A DNA stretch of 62,364 nt, the filler included. It is 11 parts of 11 records of this genome, joined end to end, with 100 filler letters (N's around TTAATTAATTAA, not from the genome) between each part and the next. Parts side by side here need not be neighbours in the genome. Positions count along the whole stretch, not along the records: positions 56,876 to 62,364 come from SRR7504441_8126; 10 more parts are not named here. One strand, 5' to 3'. The first letter of the stretch is position 1, and each line of letters starts with the position of its first letter. The notes below the pieces were generated by a model. It ran no database searches, was not told the origin of the DNA, and worked only from the letters and a program-made list of their open reading frames with translations. Below, piece after piece: positions 58,716 through 62,364 of this stretch. The position numbers were made by a program, and so were the translations under genes.

Positions 58716-59187
58716 AATGGCACTGGTGGCCGGCCGGTTGTTTCGCAAATCAAGTTACTCGGTTGACTGACGTTTTGGTTGAGTCAAGGAGCCCTATGCT
58801 CGTGATGATACTCGTACGCATCGATCAATTAGACACTAGATTTTGTACGCATGAATCAATGAAAACACAATGTACAGTACTCGACACACGGCCATGAGCA
58901 GGTGAGACCATGATCAGTGGTTGTTGCTGTCGAGTTTCCTCAAGCTTCAAAGGGAAGAGCCGAAGGCTCGGTCTGGTTAGAAGTTACGCTTAGTACGTAC
59001 TCCTGGCCGCTGGCAAGCCTGGGTGCGTGGGTGCACTTGGCCGCCACTGGCATGGAGTCACTGTCCACTCACCGTATTAATGGTCTAGCATGCATCAGAT
59101 TAATATTAATTAAAGAGCAAGACTGCGAATTACATGTAAATATTTCTTATACCAGATTTATGCTACAGATCCATGGATGGGCTTGGT

Positions 59188-61931
59188 TTAGTCCGCGGTC
59201 CCGTTACTGCGACGCACCACACGAATCCGGGATAGATCCGAGATTCCACGCTCTTCGAACAAAATCAGCAAGTTGCCTGTTGGCTTTAGATTATCCGGAG
59301 GCAGCTGATAGTAGGTTGAAAGCACCGGATCGCGCACCCAGTACCGGCCACAGTCAAACCCATTGATGTACAAGTGCCCTTTGCCGGCCCCAGTGAGGTC
59401 CACAGCCAGCGCTTCCGGAGATTTCCAGTCTTGAGGGGCGTCAAAGCTGGCTCGCAACCAAGTCAGGCGATCGACCTCTGTGCCGTTGGGCTGCCAATCC
59501 ACCCGCTGCCCGCCTTCGCTAGTGTACAACTGCAGCGCTTCACCAAGCAACCCGACCTGCATTCGCCACTGGCCTTTGACCGCTTGGGATGAGAGGTTTA
59601 CGTTGCCGATACCCAGCACCTCTATTGCCCTACCAAGAGCCACCGACATGGATGCCAAGTCAGCACTGATTCCGACAGTGGACGAAAGAATCTCGATGCT
59701 GGCGAGGCCTGGAGGCAAGGCTGATGGCAACTGCAGCTGCTTAACCGCATCAGCTCCGTTGTGGCCCTGATTATCGAGCAGGCCTACGTAGCTGCCGTTC
59801 AGGAATACATTCGCTATGGTCGACTCATGGAGCAAGGCATCGATTTTGTTGGTTGAAGCATTCGAGGGGCGAGAACCCAAACACTTACCATCAACGGCCG
59901 CAACGATTCGCACCACCCCGTGTAGCTGCCCGCTGCTGGTAATCTGCCACTGCTGGTCCCTCGCCGACTGGGTGCACCTAGCGCCGACTACGGACAGTTG
60001 GCTGGATGTGCCATTATTTTCGATTGCAAGGCATGTCGAGCTGGCGCCACGGATGTAGCTTGCGTTGAGCTGCCATAGCTGCTGCTTGTCGGTCAGCGAG
60101 CACGGTGCTAGCGCTGTGGCGTTGACGCCATCGTGCTGTTTCGATGTGATGGACACGCACACCGACGAGTCATCGATCGATTGAATTGCAACTTGCTTGG
60201 ACCACTGCGCCACCCTAACAAGCCGCCAGAGCTGCCATTTTGCTGAAGATTCACAGTCCCAGACCGAGAGCTGCCGGGCTACCCTGTTTAGCCCAACTGG
60301 TGCGATCTCATGCGTCGCGGAGTACCAAGCAAAATCTGTGACGTGTGCTCCGGCCAGCTGCAGTTCGAGCGCCACTTGCTCGACAGGGCTAGGGCCAGTG
60401 AGTCTCCAGTTGGCTAGAGCAGGCTCAAGCGTGCCGTTGTAGGCACTCGGTGGGCCCTCGGTCCAAACCGACCAGTTGAGCGGTTCAGCTGTGGCGGGTT
60501 CGAGCTGGAACATTGGGTCGTTGTTTGGTTTTGCTCGGGAAGTATTGAAGAGGGCAAGCCCGTTGCTCACCAGCAGGCGCGACCCAGCAGGCACAAGGAA
60601 ACTCTGGCCGTCAACGGGCAATTGGGCCGGGCCTGAGCCGGTATTTGCGACAAAATGGAGCGCTATTGAGTCGTTGCGGTAGCTGTGCATGAAGCAACTC
60701 TTGTCTGGAGTCAGAAAACTGGGCGCTGGTGGTTGCTGGGAGAGCAAAACTTGCTCGTGGCTTGTGAGCAGCCTGTGCAGAACCGAAAGAAATCCGAATT
60801 TGGGCTGATTGGGCCGGTCGAACACAGGTTCGACGCTCGAGTACTGGTGGTAGGATGTGGTGTCGTCATCCCCGGCGGTCAGCCCGTAGTCCTGTCCGCC
60901 TGACCACATGTAGTAGTTACTCCCAGCCCTGCCGGCATCGATCAGTGCCGGCCCAGCTGCGGCGCGCTACCCTCCCCGGGCGAACCAGTCGAGCTGCATG
61001 CTCGCCAGCAGTCCGGCTGACTGCCCGCCGTCGTCCTTGTCTGGCCATTGGTAGAAGGGTTCCTGCCACCACGCTGAGCACAGGGCCCGCTCAGGGCACC
61101 TGCCTCGATCTCTGTCCACAGGCACGGCTGGCCGGGATACACTGCACTGTGCCCGCCACACAGCCCCGACTCGATCATTGCCGTTGGGCCCATCCCCGCA
61201 TTCGCGGTGTAGATCACTACCATCCAGTGAGTGCCGGCACCACAAGGCTACTCACTCCCGGGGAGCGTCGGCAGCGTCGGCGAGCCGCTATTGTTGCAAA
61301 ACGTCCAGGGCACTCCGGCCCCAAGCCCAAGCGCCATCCTCATGATCCACTCTGCGTACTCCAGCCCCTCCGGGCTCCCGTCGCTGAACTCATTTTCGAT
61401 CTGGAGCATCAGCACCGTCCCGCTTGCCAGCCACGGCCGGACTCGCTCCACCACGGCGCTCACCCAGGCCTGGATCGCCGCCCGGATCGCGCTGCTGTTC
61501 TGACCGAGCTGGTTGATCCACCACGGGTACCCGCCGTAGTCCCACTCGCCGTCGATGTACGGCCCCAGCCGCAGGTGAACCCCCAACCCGGCCCGGCCCG
61601 CCTCGCTAAGGAATCGGCCGAGGTCGGCCCGGGGCTCGTTCTGGCCCCAGTCGATCGGCCGGTCCGGGCGAGGCTGGTGCAAGTCCCAGAACACGTACGA
61701 TGTCACCCCGGTCAGCCCAGCGGCCCACGCCTCCGCCATCAGCGGCCGCCAGAGCGCGGGCTGGTGCCGGGCATAGTGCAGCCCGCCCGAGAGCCAGAGC
61801 CGCCGCTGGCCGTCCAGCAGGAGAGATCGGCTGTCGTAGCTCACGTTCAGCCCCAGCCCGCCCGGCACCGCCAGCAACAAGCACGCCAGCCACGCATCAC
61901 GCCGCCAGCAACAAGCACGCCAGCCAAGCAT
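59188..61931 (-). CDS. Secreted GH35 beta-galactosidase with an inserted ricin-B lectin domain, 3 introns
   Basis: NVSYDSRSLLLDGQR..SGGLHYAR, YVFWDLH, LRLGPYIDGEWDYGGYPWW, QIENEF, LWTE, NYYMWSGG, GKGHLYINGFDCGRYW, NLLILFEE; QxW repeats at about 59870-60275. Confidence 0.92.
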
Positions 61932-61976
61932 CGCTGAGATATGAGAGTAACGGATTTCTAGTGATTGAGGCACACG

Positions 61977-62364
61977 ATGGCCATCCAACCTCCTGTCTTG
62001 GCCGTATTCAGCATGGCTCTAACAGTCAGCCTGGCGGTGTCCGCGGGTGCGGGCTGGCAGTGCGCGCCGGGGGCGCTGACCGCGTCTGAGACCGACCTAC
62101 GAGTGGCCAACATGACCGTTGGGCAGGCCGAGGCATGGTGCGCCGGCACGCTCAGCTGCGGCGGATTCACCGCCCGGGCCGAAGACTGCGGCTCGTCTGC
62201 GCTGCTCCAGGTGCATTTCAAGACCTCGCTGGCCTCCAACGGCGACCCGGCCTGGCGCAGCTGGACCAAGTCCAACTGGACGGCTCCCTTCTACCATTGT
62301 GACGCCGCCGGGCAGTGCCGACCGTGCGACCCGCCCGGCGCCCGCTGCGACCGAGTCACCTACA
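61977..62364 (+). CDS. Secreted Cys-rich protein (PAN/apple-like), runs off window end
   Basis: MAIQPPVLAVFSMALTVSLAVSAG signal; MTVGQAEAWCAGTLSCGGFT..VHFKT. Confidence 0.5.
   Translation, partial: MAIQPPVLAVFSMALTVSLAVSAGAGWQCAPGALTASETDLRVANMTVGQAEAWCAGTLSCGGFTARAEDCGSSALLQVHFKTSLASNGDPAWRSWTKSNWTAPFYHCDAAGQCRPCDPPGARCDRVTY

Overview
This window is eukaryotic, from a compact, GC-rich genome. The complex I gamma-carbonic-anhydrase subunit and secreted glycoside hydrolases suggest a non-opisthokont protist. It is not contiguous: 11 short contigs are joined by 10 artificial 100-nt spacers (44 N + TTAATTAATTAA + 44 N), so neighbourhood across a spacer means nothing. Most genes are split by very short (about 35-50 nt) GC-rich introns, many with GC rather than GT donors, and most sit in head-to-head pairs with about 30-190 bp between start codons. 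Recognisable genes: GH78 alpha-L-rhamnosidase, an LCAT-like protein lacking the catalytic Ser, CHMP5/Vps60, NudC, ankyrin, PX, F-box/WD40, SGNH hydrolase, DNA polymerase alpha, gamma-CA, a PhyH-like dioxygenase, RPB7, GH28, PGM2, a protein with at least 10 'integrase-repeat' units, a PWWP/Zn-finger/HMG protein, RING-H2 and GH35. The standout is the gene at 13463-17819: a helicase-less Dicer (PAZ plus two RNase III domains) fused to an Rrp6-type DEDDy exonuclease-HRDC module and a RIG-I-like C-terminal Zn-binding domain. All calls come from manual reading and motif recognition; no database searches were run.
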